Positions 16,178 through 23,992 of a stretch of 35,700 bases of DNA are shown piece by piece; the first letter of the stretch is position 1, and each line of letters begins with the position of its first letter. Where the stretch lies: NCBI GenBank assembly GCA_001775835.1, contig MEYP01000001.1:7732-43431 (forward strand). Direction: 5' to 3'. Below the pieces are notes generated by a model that had not been told where the DNA came from, did no database searches, and saw only the letters and a list, made by a program, of their open reading frames with translations. The stretch is from Candidatus Azambacteria bacterium RIFCSPHIGHO2_02_FULL_52_12 (lineage in GTDB: Bacteria > Patescibacteriota > Minisyncoccia > GWC2-36-17 > WO2-46-25). Made by a program: the position numbers and the translations under genes.

Positions 16178-18286
16178 ATGGCAAAAGGTGAAAAGGAGCA
16201 GAAAACACAGAAAAATCCTCGCTATTCGGCGGAGGATATTTATGTATTGGAGGGGCTTGAACCGGTCAGAAAACGTCCCGGCATGTACATCGGCTCCACG
16301 GGCGTCGACGGCCTGCACCACCTGGTGTGGGAAATTTTTGACAACTCGCGCGACGAAGCGCTTGGCGGGTATGCGACCGAAATAGAAGTGGCGCTTCTGC
16401 CCGATAATGTGGTGCGTATTGCGGACGATGGGAGAGGCATTCCCGTGGACATACATCAAAAGACAAAAGTGTCCGCGCTTGAAACGGCGATGACGACGCT
16501 TCATGCCGGCGGGAAATTCGGCGGAGAGTCGTACAAGGTTTCCGGCGGCCTGCACGGTGTGGGCGCTTCGGTGGTGAACGCGCTGTCGTCGTGGCTCAAA
16601 GTGGAAGTGCATAAAGACGGCGGCAAATGGGTGCAGGAATACAAGCGGGGCGAACCGAAAGCGAAAGTGAAGAAAGTGGAAAGCTCGAAGCTTCATGGGA
16701 CAATCACCACGTTCACGCCGGATCCGACTATTTTCTCCGACATCACGTTTGACTTTCAAAAGATCAAAGACCACCACCGCCAACAGGCGTATCTGGTGAA
16801 AAAATTACACATCAGAATCATTGATGCGCGGGAATATGCCGGGAAGATAGACGATTCCGTGTATTATCTCCGGGAGCTCGGCCTGCCGGTGCCGTCATAT
16901 TCGTTTTATTTTGAAGGCGGCATCGCGTCGCTGGTGAAATATCTGAACAAGGATCAGGAAGCTCTGCACGATACGGTGTTTTACACGGAAAAAGAACGTG
17001 ACAAGGTCGGGGTGGAGGTTGCTCTGCAATATGTGGCCGACATCACCACGAAAGAAATGAGTTTTGCCAATACCATCCCCACGGCAGAAGGCGGAACGCA
17101 TCTGACCGGTTTTCGCGCGGCGCTGACCAGAGTGTTGAACGACTACGCGCGCAAGAACGGGCTTTTGAAAGACGCGGACGACAACCTGTCGGGAGAAGAC
17201 GTGAGAGAGGGCATGACCGCCGTCATTTCCGTGAAAATCGTCGAGCCGCAATTTGAAGGGCAGACCAAGGGCAAGCTCGGCTCGCAGGAGGGGCGCACCG
17301 CGACGGAAGCGGTGGTGGGGGATTCGTTCTCCGATTTTCTGGAAGAGCACCCGCAGGACGCGCGCAAGATTCTGGAACGGTGCATCTTGTCGCAGAAAGC
17401 CCGCAAGGCGGCGAAAGCGGCCCGCGAAACGGTCCTGCGCAAAGGAATCCTTGACGGCCTGACCCTGCCCGGCAAGCTGGCCGACTGTTCTTCGCGCAAG
17501 GCGGAAGAATCGGAGCTGTATATTGTGGAAGGAGATTCCGCGGGCGGTAGTGCCAAGCAGGGCCGCGACCGCAGGTTTCAGGCGATCCTGCCGCTCAAAG
17601 GCAAGATATTGAATATCGAGCGGGCGCGTTTGGATCGTATCTTGTCCTCTTCGGAAATCCGCGCGCTCATCATCGCTCTTGGCACCGCCATCGCCGACGA
17701 ATTCGATATCGCAAAACTGCGCTATCACCGCATCATCATCATGACCGATGCCGACGTGGACGGCTCGCATATCCGTACGCTTTTGCTGACCCTGTTTTAC
17801 CGCTATTTCCCCGCGCTCATCGCCAAAGGCCATATCTACATCGCCCAGCCGCCCCTGTATAGAATTCAAATGGGAAAAAAGGTAGAATACGCGTATACGG
17901 ACAAGACAAAAGAAGCTGTTCTTGCCCGCTGGAAGGCGGGCAAACAGGAAGTCGAAAGTCAAAAGTCAATCCGCCAGTCGGCGGACAAAAGTGCGAGTGA
18001 AGAGCCGGAAGAACCGGCAGAGGAGGACTTGTCCCCCGAAGCTTTAGCGAAGGGGGAGAAAGTCAAAGGAGTTTCCATCCAGCGCTACAAGGGTCTTGGC
18101 GAGATGAACGCCGAACAGTTGTGGGATACGACGATGAACCCGGAAAAGCGGATGATGATGCAAGTGACCATCGCGGACGCGCAGGAAGCGGACAAGATAT
18201 TCGATATTTTGATGGGCGCCGAGGTGGGTCCCCGCAAGCGCTTCATCCAGACCCACGCCAAAGACGTTAAGAATTTGGATGTATAA
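16178..18286 (+). CDS. gyrB: DNA gyrase subunit B (start chosen at ATG 16178; the ORF from 16064 would run through the terminator)
   Basis: YSAEDIYVLEGLEPVRKRPGMYIG, GHKL ATPase motifs, Toprim EGDSAGG, QRYKGLGEMN. Confidence 0.95.
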   Translation: MAKGEKEQKTQKNPRYSAEDIYVLEGLEPVRKRPGMYIGSTGVDGLHHLVWEIFDNSRDEALGGYATEIEVALLPDNVVRIADDGRGIPVDIHQKTKVSALETAMTTLHAGGKFGGESYKVSGGLHGVGASVVNALSSWLKVEVHKDGGKWVQEYKRGEPKAKVKKVESSKLHGTITTFTPDPTIFSDITFDFQKIKDHHRQQAYLVKKLHIRIIDAREYAGKIDDSVYYLRELGLPVPSYSFYFEGGIASLVKYLNKDQEALHDTVFYTEKERDKVGVEVALQYVADITTKEMSFANTIPTAEGGTHLTGFRAALTRVLNDYARKNGLLKDADDNLSGEDVREGMTAVISVKIVEPQFEGQTKGKLGSQEGRTATEAVVGDSFSDFLEEHPQDARKILERCILSQKARKAAKAARETVLRKGILDGLTLPGKLADCSSRKAEESELYIVEGDSAGGSAKQGRDRRFQAILPLKGKILNIERARLDRILSSSEIRALIIALGTAIADEFDIAKLRYHRIIIMTDADVDGSHIRTLLLTLFYRYFPALIAKGHIYIAQPPLYRIQMGKKVEYAYTDKTKEAVLARWKAGKQEVESQKSIRQSADKSASEEPEEPAEEDLSPEALAKGEKVKGVSIQRYKGLGEMNAEQLWDTTMNPEKRMMMQVTIADAQEADKIFDILMGAEVGPRKRFIQTHAKDVKNLDV
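17950..17970 (+). repeat. In-frame heptamer words (AGTCGAA AGTCAAA AGTCAAT) inside gyrB
   Basis: Same word as the ligA array. Lies in an acidic insertion (QEVESQKSIRQSADKSASEEPEEPAEED) before QRYKGLGEM. Confidence 0.6.
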
Positions 18287-18287
18287 C

Positions 18288-18938
18288 ATGCGAAAACTGT
18301 TTTCATTATTCGTCCTTGGATTTATGCTTACCGGCGTTTTTTCGTTTGCTTTTGGTTCGTATGCTCAAGGGTGCAACGGTGCGCCGGATTGTTTTGATTT
18401 GAGTACGGTCAATCCGCTTGGAACCAGTGAAGTTACCGTTATTGTTTGTAATGTCGCCCTGTTCCTCCAGGTAAAACTCATGCCGCCTATCGCGGTGCTC
18501 ATGGTTTTGTGGGCGAGCTTTTTGTATCTGACGTCGGCGGGGAGTCCCGGCAACGTAACGTCGGCAAAACAGATACTGGTATACACCATCATCGGCGCGG
18601 GCATTCTCATCATCGCTCCCGCGCTGATAGCGCTGGTGATAGACATATTTGGCAAAAGCACGACAGTCACCACCGCCACGTCGACCTGTAGTACATTAGC
18701 GTCCGCTACGACACTCACCGCGGTATTCGCCAATCTCATCAATTGGTTCTCGTGGTTCCTGGCTCTCGCGTCGGTTGCGGCGGGGCTGTATTCCGGATTT
18801 TTGTACATGACATCAAGCGGCGACCCGCGCAAAGCTGTCATGGCAGGAAGCATATTGTTCTATGCGGTAATCGGGATAGCTGTTGCTATCTTGGCGTTCA
18901 GCATCCTCGCCCTTATCAAGGGGTTTATTGTGCCTTGA
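18288..18938 (+). CDS. Secreted/membrane protein with two tandem VirB2/TrbC-like (T4SS pilin-like) modules
   Basis: Signal peptide MRKLFSLFVLGFMLTGVFSFAFGSYA. Two homologous two-helix units: ASFLYLTSAGSPGNVTSAKQILVYTIIGAGILII and SGFLYMTSSGDPRKAVMAGSILFYAVIGIAVAIL. Confidence 0.6.
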   Translation: MRKLFSLFVLGFMLTGVFSFAFGSYAQGCNGAPDCFDLSTVNPLGTSEVTVIVCNVALFLQVKLMPPIAVLMVLWASFLYLTSAGSPGNVTSAKQILVYTIIGAGILIIAPALIALVIDIFGKSTTVTTATSTCSTLASATTLTAVFANLINWFSWFLALASVAAGLYSGFLYMTSSGDPRKAVMAGSILFYAVIGIAVAILAFSILALIKGFIVP

Positions 18939-18968
18939 CCCCACAGATAGCGTGCGCTATGTGTGGGG
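18939..18968 (+). terminator. Strong hairpin immediately after the stop codon (no U-tract)
   Basis: CCCCACAGATAGCG tg CGCTATGTGTGGGG, 14 bp with one mismatch. Confidence 0.35.
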
Positions 18969-18997
18969 TTGACTTATCGTCCTTGGCGTAGTAATAT
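18969..18997 (+). promoter_or_regulatory. Candidate promoter of the secE-nusG unit
   Basis: TTGACT (18969-18974), 17 nt, TAATAT (18992-18997). Confidence 0.55.
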
Positions 18998-19032
18998 GTT
19001 GGAAGTTGCCCATGCGGGGCTTTTTTAATATG

Positions 19033-19164
19033 AAGGGCTTTGTTCCTGCGAAGCGGGATAACAAAACCTTTACCGAAGCACATAAACGGCATTTATGTGC
19101 TCGGTGCTCAATGTGATGGTAAAATTTCCATCGCTATGAGCTCGTAGATTTTAATCACATTGGC
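19033..19164 (+). promoter_or_regulatory. Structured 5' leader of secE (copy A of a duplicated leader architecture)
   Basis: Hairpin 19072-19105 (14 bp, one bulge), GTGCTCA, then hairpin ATGTGAT...ATCACAT (19111-19160) ending 4 nt before the ATG. Shares blocks with 19925-20144. Confidence 0.45.
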
Positions 19165-19368
19165 ATGAACACGCTTTCCCGATTCATGAACACGGCTATT
19201 ACGTTCCTGCGCGAAGTGCGCACGGAGCTGAAAAAGACGAGCTTTCCTTCGCGGCAAGTTACGGTGCGCAACACGCTCATCGTCATCGCTTTTTCCATCG
19301 CGGTGGCGCTGTTTCTGGGGGGCCTGGACATGGCGTTTTCTTACGCATTAACCAAATTCGCGCTCTAA
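19165..19368 (+). CDS. secE: Preprotein translocase subunit SecE
   Basis: 67 aa with FLREVRTELKKTSFPSRQ followed by a single TM helix. Immediately upstream of nusG. Confidence 0.85.
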   Translation: MNTLSRFMNTAITFLREVRTELKKTSFPSRQVTVRNTLIVIAFSIAVALFLGGLDMAFSYALTKFAL

Positions 19369-19380
19369 CGCTCTCATCCT

Positions 19381-19926
19381 ATGTCACGACAAGTCATGGA
19401 ACAGGGGAGGAACTGGTACGCCATCCATACCTACGCGGGGTATGAGGATGCCGTGGCGCGCAATCTGGTTCAGCGCATCGAATCCATGGGCATGGAAGAC
19501 AAGATATTCAGCGTGCTGGTTCCCAAAGAAAAGAAGATCAAGATAAAAAACGGCAAACGCCAGACGGTGGAAGAAAAGATCTACCCGGGCTATGTGCTGG
19601 TTGACATGACGGTGACGGACGACTCGTGGTACGTGGTGCGCAATACGCCGCGCGTGACGGGTTTTGTCGGTTCGGGCGTGACGCCGACGCCGCTTTCCCC
19701 CGAAGAAGTGAAGATGCTGCAGAAGCGCATGGGCGCGGACGAACCGAAATACAAGATCGACGTCGCCGAGGGCGATGCGGTGAAAGTGGTGGACGGCCCG
19801 TTCAAGGATTACGAAGGCAAGGTTGCCGAGGTGGACGAAGAGAAGGGCAAGGTGAAGGTTCTCGTGTCCTTGTTTGGCAGGGAAACGCCCGTGGAACTGG
19901 ACTTTTTGCAGATGAAAAGAATTTAA
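19381..19926 (+). CDS. nusG: Transcription termination/antitermination factor NusG
   Basis: NGN start WYAIHTYAGYE, KOW motif GDAVKVVDGPFKDYEGKV. Confidence 0.95.
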   Translation: MSRQVMEQGRNWYAIHTYAGYEDAVARNLVQRIESMGMEDKIFSVLVPKEKKIKIKNGKRQTVEEKIYPGYVLVDMTVTDDSWYVVRNTPRVTGFVGSGVTPTPLSPEEVKMLQKRMGADEPKYKIDVAEGDAVKVVDGPFKDYEGKVAEVDEEKGKVKVLVSLFGRETPVELDFLQMKRI

Positions 19927-20144
19927 GGGCTTTATCCCAAAATATGAGCTTTGTAGAAGCGAACTATTTTGGTGATAAAACCTTACCCGCCTAAATTTTT
20001 AGACAGGGAGAGGGGGGTGAAAAGATACATTATGAAAGAGCGAGCCACAAGACTTAGTTATTACAATTAAAAAATTTTGGCGGGTGCTCATACTTGTAGT
20101 GAAATGTACTTCGCTACGAGATGAGCTTGTAAATTTCAACAAGT
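19925..20144 (+). promoter_or_regulatory. Structured 5' leader of rplK (copy B of the duplicated leader architecture)
   Basis: Long hairpin 19986-20000 / 20070-20084, GTGCTCA (20084-20090), then hairpin TACTTGT...ACAAGTA (20091-20145) whose last base is the A of the rplK ATG. Confidence 0.45.
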
Positions 20145-20567
20145 ATGGCAAAACCAATCAAAGCAGTCGTTAAATTGAATCTGAAAGCCGGTCTGGCAAA
20201 TCCCGCGCCGCCGGTGGGCACCGCGCTGGGTCCGCACGGGCTGAACATCCAGCAGTTCTGTCTGCAGTACAACGAAAAGACGAAAGACCGCATGGGCGAG
20301 GTCATCCCGGCGGAAGTGACCGTTTTTGAAGACCGGACGTTCGAGTTCAAGCTCAAAACGCCGCCCGCATCCGAACTGATCAAGCAAGCGGCGAAAGTGG
20401 AAAAGGGCTCGGGCATTCCCCATAAAAACAAAGTCGGCAGCATCACCAAAGCGCAAACGCGCGAAATCGCCCAAAAGAAGATGGCGGATCTGAACGCGTA
20501 CGACGTCGAGCAGGCCTCAAAGATCATCGAAGGAACTGCACGCTCCATGGGCGTAACCGTAAAATAA
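20145..20567 (+). CDS. rplK: Ribosomal protein uL11
   Basis: [30 protein letters not shown] is the uL11 N-terminal signature. 140 aa. Confidence 0.95.
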   Translation: MAKPIKAVVKLNLKAGLANPAPPVGTALGPHGLNIQQFCLQYNEKTKDRMGEVIPAEVTVFEDRTFEFKLKTPPASELIKQAAKVEKGSGIPHKNKVGSITKAQTREIAQKKMADLNAYDVEQASKIIEGTARSMGVTVK

Positions 20568-20570
20568 CAT

Positions 20571-20692
20571 ATAACTTACGCAATGGGCGCATTTCATTGT
20601 TGCGCCGCACAAAATATCGCTCACCATACCGCATGTATGGCTCACACTATTTTGCTTGCGCGCCTCGAACTGCATCCCATTGCGTGAGTTAT
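20571..20692. other. Structured intergenic element closed by a 17-bp stem
   Basis: ATAACTTACGCAATGGG (20571-20587) pairs with CCCATTGCGTGAGTTAT (20676-20692) with one G-U. Internal hairpins GGCGCA/TGCGCC (20586-20606) and 20607-20656. Confidence 0.5.
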
Positions 20693-20699
20693 AAACTTT

Positions 20700-21365
20700 A
20701 TGCGAGCTAACCCCTATCCCGGCGCATTTATCGTCATTGAAGGGATAGATGGCAGCGGAAAATCTCTCCAGGCCGATTTTATCGAGCAATGGCTTGTCGA
20801 CATGCAAGGGAAAAAGGCGCGTGATGTTTTAAAGACGCATCAGCCTTCAAAGGGCGCGTTCGGCGCGCATATCAGGGATATTCTCGAAGGAAAGGAGCCG
20901 GCTCCGGAAGACCCGTTCGCATTCCAGGAGCTTTACATGAAAGACCGAAAAGAGCATATGCGGGATTTCATCGTTCCGCATCTTAAAAAAGGAGGCGTCG
21001 TCATCGCCGACCGTTTCTTTTTGAGCACCTTTGCGTACGGCATGGCTCACGGGGCTTCGTTTGAGGCGCTCAGGGATGCGCATGAACGCATCGTGGGAGA
21101 CGATTGGATCATTCCCGACGTCACCTTTCTCATTGACATCAACCCCGCCGTAGCGTTGGTGCGGCTGAAGGCGAGAGCGGGAGGCAAGAGCCTTGAATAT
21201 TTTGAAAAAAAAGAGCATTTTTTGGAGCGTGTCGCGGTGGCTTACCGTGACCTGTCAAAAAAGTTTCCTGTACGCACGGTTTCGGGCGACCGGCCCATCG
21301 CGGAGGTTTCCGAAGCCATCCACAGGATTCTTGCGGGCGAGAAAAAGATAACGTATACTCCCTAG
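20700..21365 (+). CDS. tmk: Thymidylate kinase
   Basis: P-loop FIVIEGIDGSGKS and a DRF motif (ADRFFLSTFAY). Confidence 0.9.
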   Translation: MRANPYPGAFIVIEGIDGSGKSLQADFIEQWLVDMQGKKARDVLKTHQPSKGAFGAHIRDILEGKEPAPEDPFAFQELYMKDRKEHMRDFIVPHLKKGGVVIADRFFLSTFAYGMAHGASFEALRDAHERIVGDDWIIPDVTFLIDINPAVALVRLKARAGGKSLEYFEKKEHFLERVAVAYRDLSKKFPVRTVSGDRPIAEVSEAIHRILAGEKKITYTP

Positions 21366-21366
21366 T

Positions 21367-22830
21367 ATGACATACGAACCGGTCATCGGGCTTGAAATCC
21401 ACGCCCAACTCAAAACAAAAACGAAGATGTTTTGCGGGAGTCTCAACGACCCGGACGAGACGCACCCCAACGTGCACGTGTGTCCGGTGTGCATGGGGCA
21501 CCCGGGAACGCTCCCCGTTCCCAACAAAAAGGCAATAGAATCGGTCGTGAAAGTCGGGCTCGCGCTTTCGTGCGAGATAGCAAAGCGCTCGAAATTCGAC
21601 CGCAAAAACTATTTTTACCCCGACCTGCCCAAAGGATACCAGATATCGCAATACGACATGCCGTTATGCGAGCGCGGCACGCTCGACGTGCTGGGCAAAA
21701 AAGTGCGCATCACCCGCATTCACCTGGAAGAAGACACGGGGCGGCTGGTCCACAACAAGCTGGGGTCCAGTTTTGTCGATTTCAACCGCGCCGGCGTGCC
21801 GCTCATGGAGCTCGTGACGGAGCCCGATATCCGAAACGCCGAGGAAGCCGTCGCGTTCGCCAAAAAACTGCAGACGATCCTGCAGTATCTCGACGTGTCG
21901 GAGGCGAACCTCGAAAAAGGCCAGATGCGCTGCGAGGTGAACATCAGCATGCGCAAGCCGGAGGGGGAATTCGGCACAAAAGTGGAGATAAAAAACATCA
22001 ATTCGTTTTCTGCCGTGCGGGACGCCATCGCGTATGAGATAAAACGGCAGTCCGCCGCGCTCGCCAAAGGGGAGAAGATAGTGCAGGAAACCAGAGGGTG
22101 GGATGAGAACAAAAAAGCCACCGTTTCACAGCGCCTGAAAGAATCAGCGCACGATTACCGCTATTTTCCCGAGCCGGATCTAAGCGAATTGGTCCTTGGC
22201 GGCGAGGAAGGCGCTCCCGAAGAAACCGTCATAGACGTTGAAAAGATCAGAGCGTCCCTGCCTGAATTGCCCGACCAGAAGAAAGCGCGGTTTCAAAAGG
22301 AATTCTCATTATCCGAAAAAGAAACGGAAGTTCTGGCGTCCGACAAATACACCGCATCGTTTTTTGAACACGTGGTATCAGAGTTAGACGCGGAGAGGGA
22401 AATAGACAAGGCGCTCGTAAAGCTCGCGGTAAATTACCTCAATACCGACCTGCGTAAATTGATAAACGAAACAGGAACGCCGATCTCTGAAATGCTGGTG
22501 AGCGCGGAAAACTTCGCCGAGCTGGTAGGCTTGCTCCATGAAGGAAAAATCACGTCATCAGCCGGAAAGATGGTGCTTGAAGAGATGTTCCGCACGGGTA
22601 AAGACCCGAGTAACATCATCGAAGAAAAAGGGCTCGCACAGGTGTCTGACATCGCCGAACTTGAAAAAACCGTTCTCGAGATCATCGCCGCTCATCCCAA
22701 AGTCGTTACCGATTACAAAGCCGGCAAGCAAAACGCACTCCAGTTTTTGTTGGGACAGCTCATGGCGAAAACAAAGGGGAAGGCGAACCCGGAAACGAGC
22801 GCGGAAATCCTCAAAAAACTCCTCTCATAA
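21367..22830 (+). CDS. gatB: Glu/Asp-tRNA amidotransferase subunit B
   Basis: YEPVIGLEIHAQL..., CPVCMGHPGTLP, 487 aa with a GatB/YqeY tail. Confidence 0.95.
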   Translation: MTYEPVIGLEIHAQLKTKTKMFCGSLNDPDETHPNVHVCPVCMGHPGTLPVPNKKAIESVVKVGLALSCEIAKRSKFDRKNYFYPDLPKGYQISQYDMPLCERGTLDVLGKKVRITRIHLEEDTGRLVHNKLGSSFVDFNRAGVPLMELVTEPDIRNAEEAVAFAKKLQTILQYLDVSEANLEKGQMRCEVNISMRKPEGEFGTKVEIKNINSFSAVRDAIAYEIKRQSAALAKGEKIVQETRGWDENKKATVSQRLKESAHDYRYFPEPDLSELVLGGEEGAPEETVIDVEKIRASLPELPDQKKARFQKEFSLSEKETEVLASDKYTASFFEHVVSELDAEREIDKALVKLAVNYLNTDLRKLINETGTPISEMLVSAENFAELVGLLHEGKITSSAGKMVLEEMFRTGKDPSNIIEEKGLAQVSDIAELEKTVLEIIAAHPKVVTDYKAGKQNALQFLLGQLMAKTKGKANPETSAEILKKLLS

Positions 22831-23743
22831 AGTTTTGCGCGAGTTTTTCTGCTTGCTTGGGCGTCGCTATCCATGCGATGCCTTTTGTTTTGCGAAACCA
22901 CGTCATCTGGCGGCGGGCGTATTGCCAGATTTTGGTATTGAGCGTTTCCACCAGCTCCTTTTTTGTCAGTTTGCCTTGCAGGTACAGCGCGACGTATTTA
23001 TATTCAAGCCCAATCTCCGCCATGCGTTTCCACGAGACTCCCTGTGCGTGGAGTTTTTTTACTTCCGCGATCATGCCTTTTTTGATGCGCTCACGAAGGC
23101 GTTTGAAAATAGTCCTTTTGAGCTCTTCCGGCGATTTTTCAACGCCGATAAGAAGCGTATCGTACAGTGGATCCATCACTTGGGAGTTCGACTCCCAAGT
23201 GGATGTTACGCGGTGTTTTATGATCTCGATGGCGCGCACGAGCCGCCGCGGATTGTGCCGATCGATCATTTTCGCCCGCGCAGGGTCGAGTTTTTTAAGC
23301 ATCGCAAAAAGCTCACTTGTCCCGCCAAGGCGGGACAAGTGAGCGCGCAGTTTCCAGTCAGGTTTTATTTCTGGATAAGCGGGATTTTCAACGATCGCTT
23401 TGATATACAGCCCCGTGCCGCCGCAGACGATGGGGAGCTTGCCGCGCTTGAGAATATCCTTGATGGCTTTGTGTGCCATGCGCTGGTAGCGCGCGACGTC
23501 GAAAACGGTTTTAGGAGAAACGACGTCAAGCATGTGGTGGGGGACGCCAGTCATTTCTTGTTTGGTGATTTTCCCCGTTCCCAAGTCCATGCCGCGATAC
23601 ACCTGCCGTGAATCGGCAGAGATAATCTCGCCGTTGAATTGTTTGCCGAGGCACACCGCCAACGCAGACTTTCCCGACGCCGTCGGGCCTAAAATGGCTA
23701 TGATCCTAGATTTTATGTGGTTTTTTGTGAGAGGTCTTGACAA
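22811..23743 (-). CDS. miaA: tRNA dimethylallyltransferase MiaA (TTG start as called in the ORF track)
   Basis: P-loop ILGPTASGKSALAV, DSRQVYRGMDLGTGK, PHHMLD. Confidence 0.9.
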   Translation of the reverse strand: MSRPLTKNHIKSRIIAILGPTASGKSALAVCLGKQFNGEIISADSRQVYRGMDLGTGKITKQEMTGVPHHMLDVVSPKTVFDVARYQRMAHKAIKDILKRGKLPIVCGGTGLYIKAIVENPAYPEIKPDWKLRAHLSRLGGTSELFAMLKKLDPARAKMIDRHNPRRLVRAIEIIKHRVTSTWESNSQVMDPLYDTLLIGVEKSPEELKRTIFKRLRERIKKGMIAEVKKLHAQGVSWKRMAEIGLEYKYVALYLQGKLTKKELVETLNTKIWQYARRQMTWFRKTKGIAWIATPKQAEKLAQNFMRGVF

Positions 23744-23766
23744 AATATATTTATGTATGCTATAAT
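23737..23766 (+). promoter_or_regulatory. Near-consensus sigma70-type promoter facing a region without a long ORF
   Basis: TTGACA (23737-23742), 18-nt spacer ending in TGc (extended -10), then TATAAT (23761-23766). Confidence 0.6.
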
Positions 23767-23772
23767 TTAATT

Positions 23773-23992
23773 GTTAAATCAGTATAGCACTTTGTAAATT
23801 TACTTGCGAACGGCCGCAGAACGCGGCACCCCATGCCTCGGGCAGAGGCAATTATGTCCAGCAGATAGCTGGAGAAAGGAAACGTCATGGGACAGATAAA
23901 CGAGCTGAAGGATTTTACACGAGGGCAGTTGGAAGCATAGATCTAAATACAGGCATACTCTATGATAGCCGCGTCCGACGCGGCTTTTTTTT
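23773..23992 (+). ncRNA. Candidate small RNA or micro-ORF transcript (class not recognised)
   Basis: Bracketed by the promoter above and a terminator. Three consecutive hairpins (GCCGC/GCGGC, TGCCTC/GAGGCA, CCAGC/GCTGG). The only SD-preceded ORF is 17 codons (ATG 23887). Confidence 0.3.
23967..23992 (+). terminator. Rho-independent terminator (plus-strand polarity), overlapping the thrS stop
   Basis: AGCCGCG tccga CGCGGCT followed by eight T. Confidence 0.75.

Noticed and set aside
16895-17962. 355-aa minus-strand ORF inside gyrB
   Set aside because: Antisense shadow ORF of a well-supported gene. Arg/Gly/Phe-rich composition typical of reverse frames.
18998-19164. Expected rpmG or tRNA-Trp upstream of secE
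   Set aside because: No cloverleaf can be drawn. The only frame (ATG 19030, 28 codons) has none of the L33 Cys/Lys pattern. The region is treated as a leader instead.
22811-22830. 20-nt overlap of the convergent 3' ends of gatB and miaA
   Set aside because: Real but ordinary genome compaction. No hairpin or other signal lies within the overlap.
22538-23611. 357-aa plus-strand ORF overlapping the gatB end and all of miaA
   Set aside because: The MiaA motifs (P-loop, DSRQVYRGMDLGTGK) are on the other strand. This frame has no recognisable features and would need to overlap two real genes.
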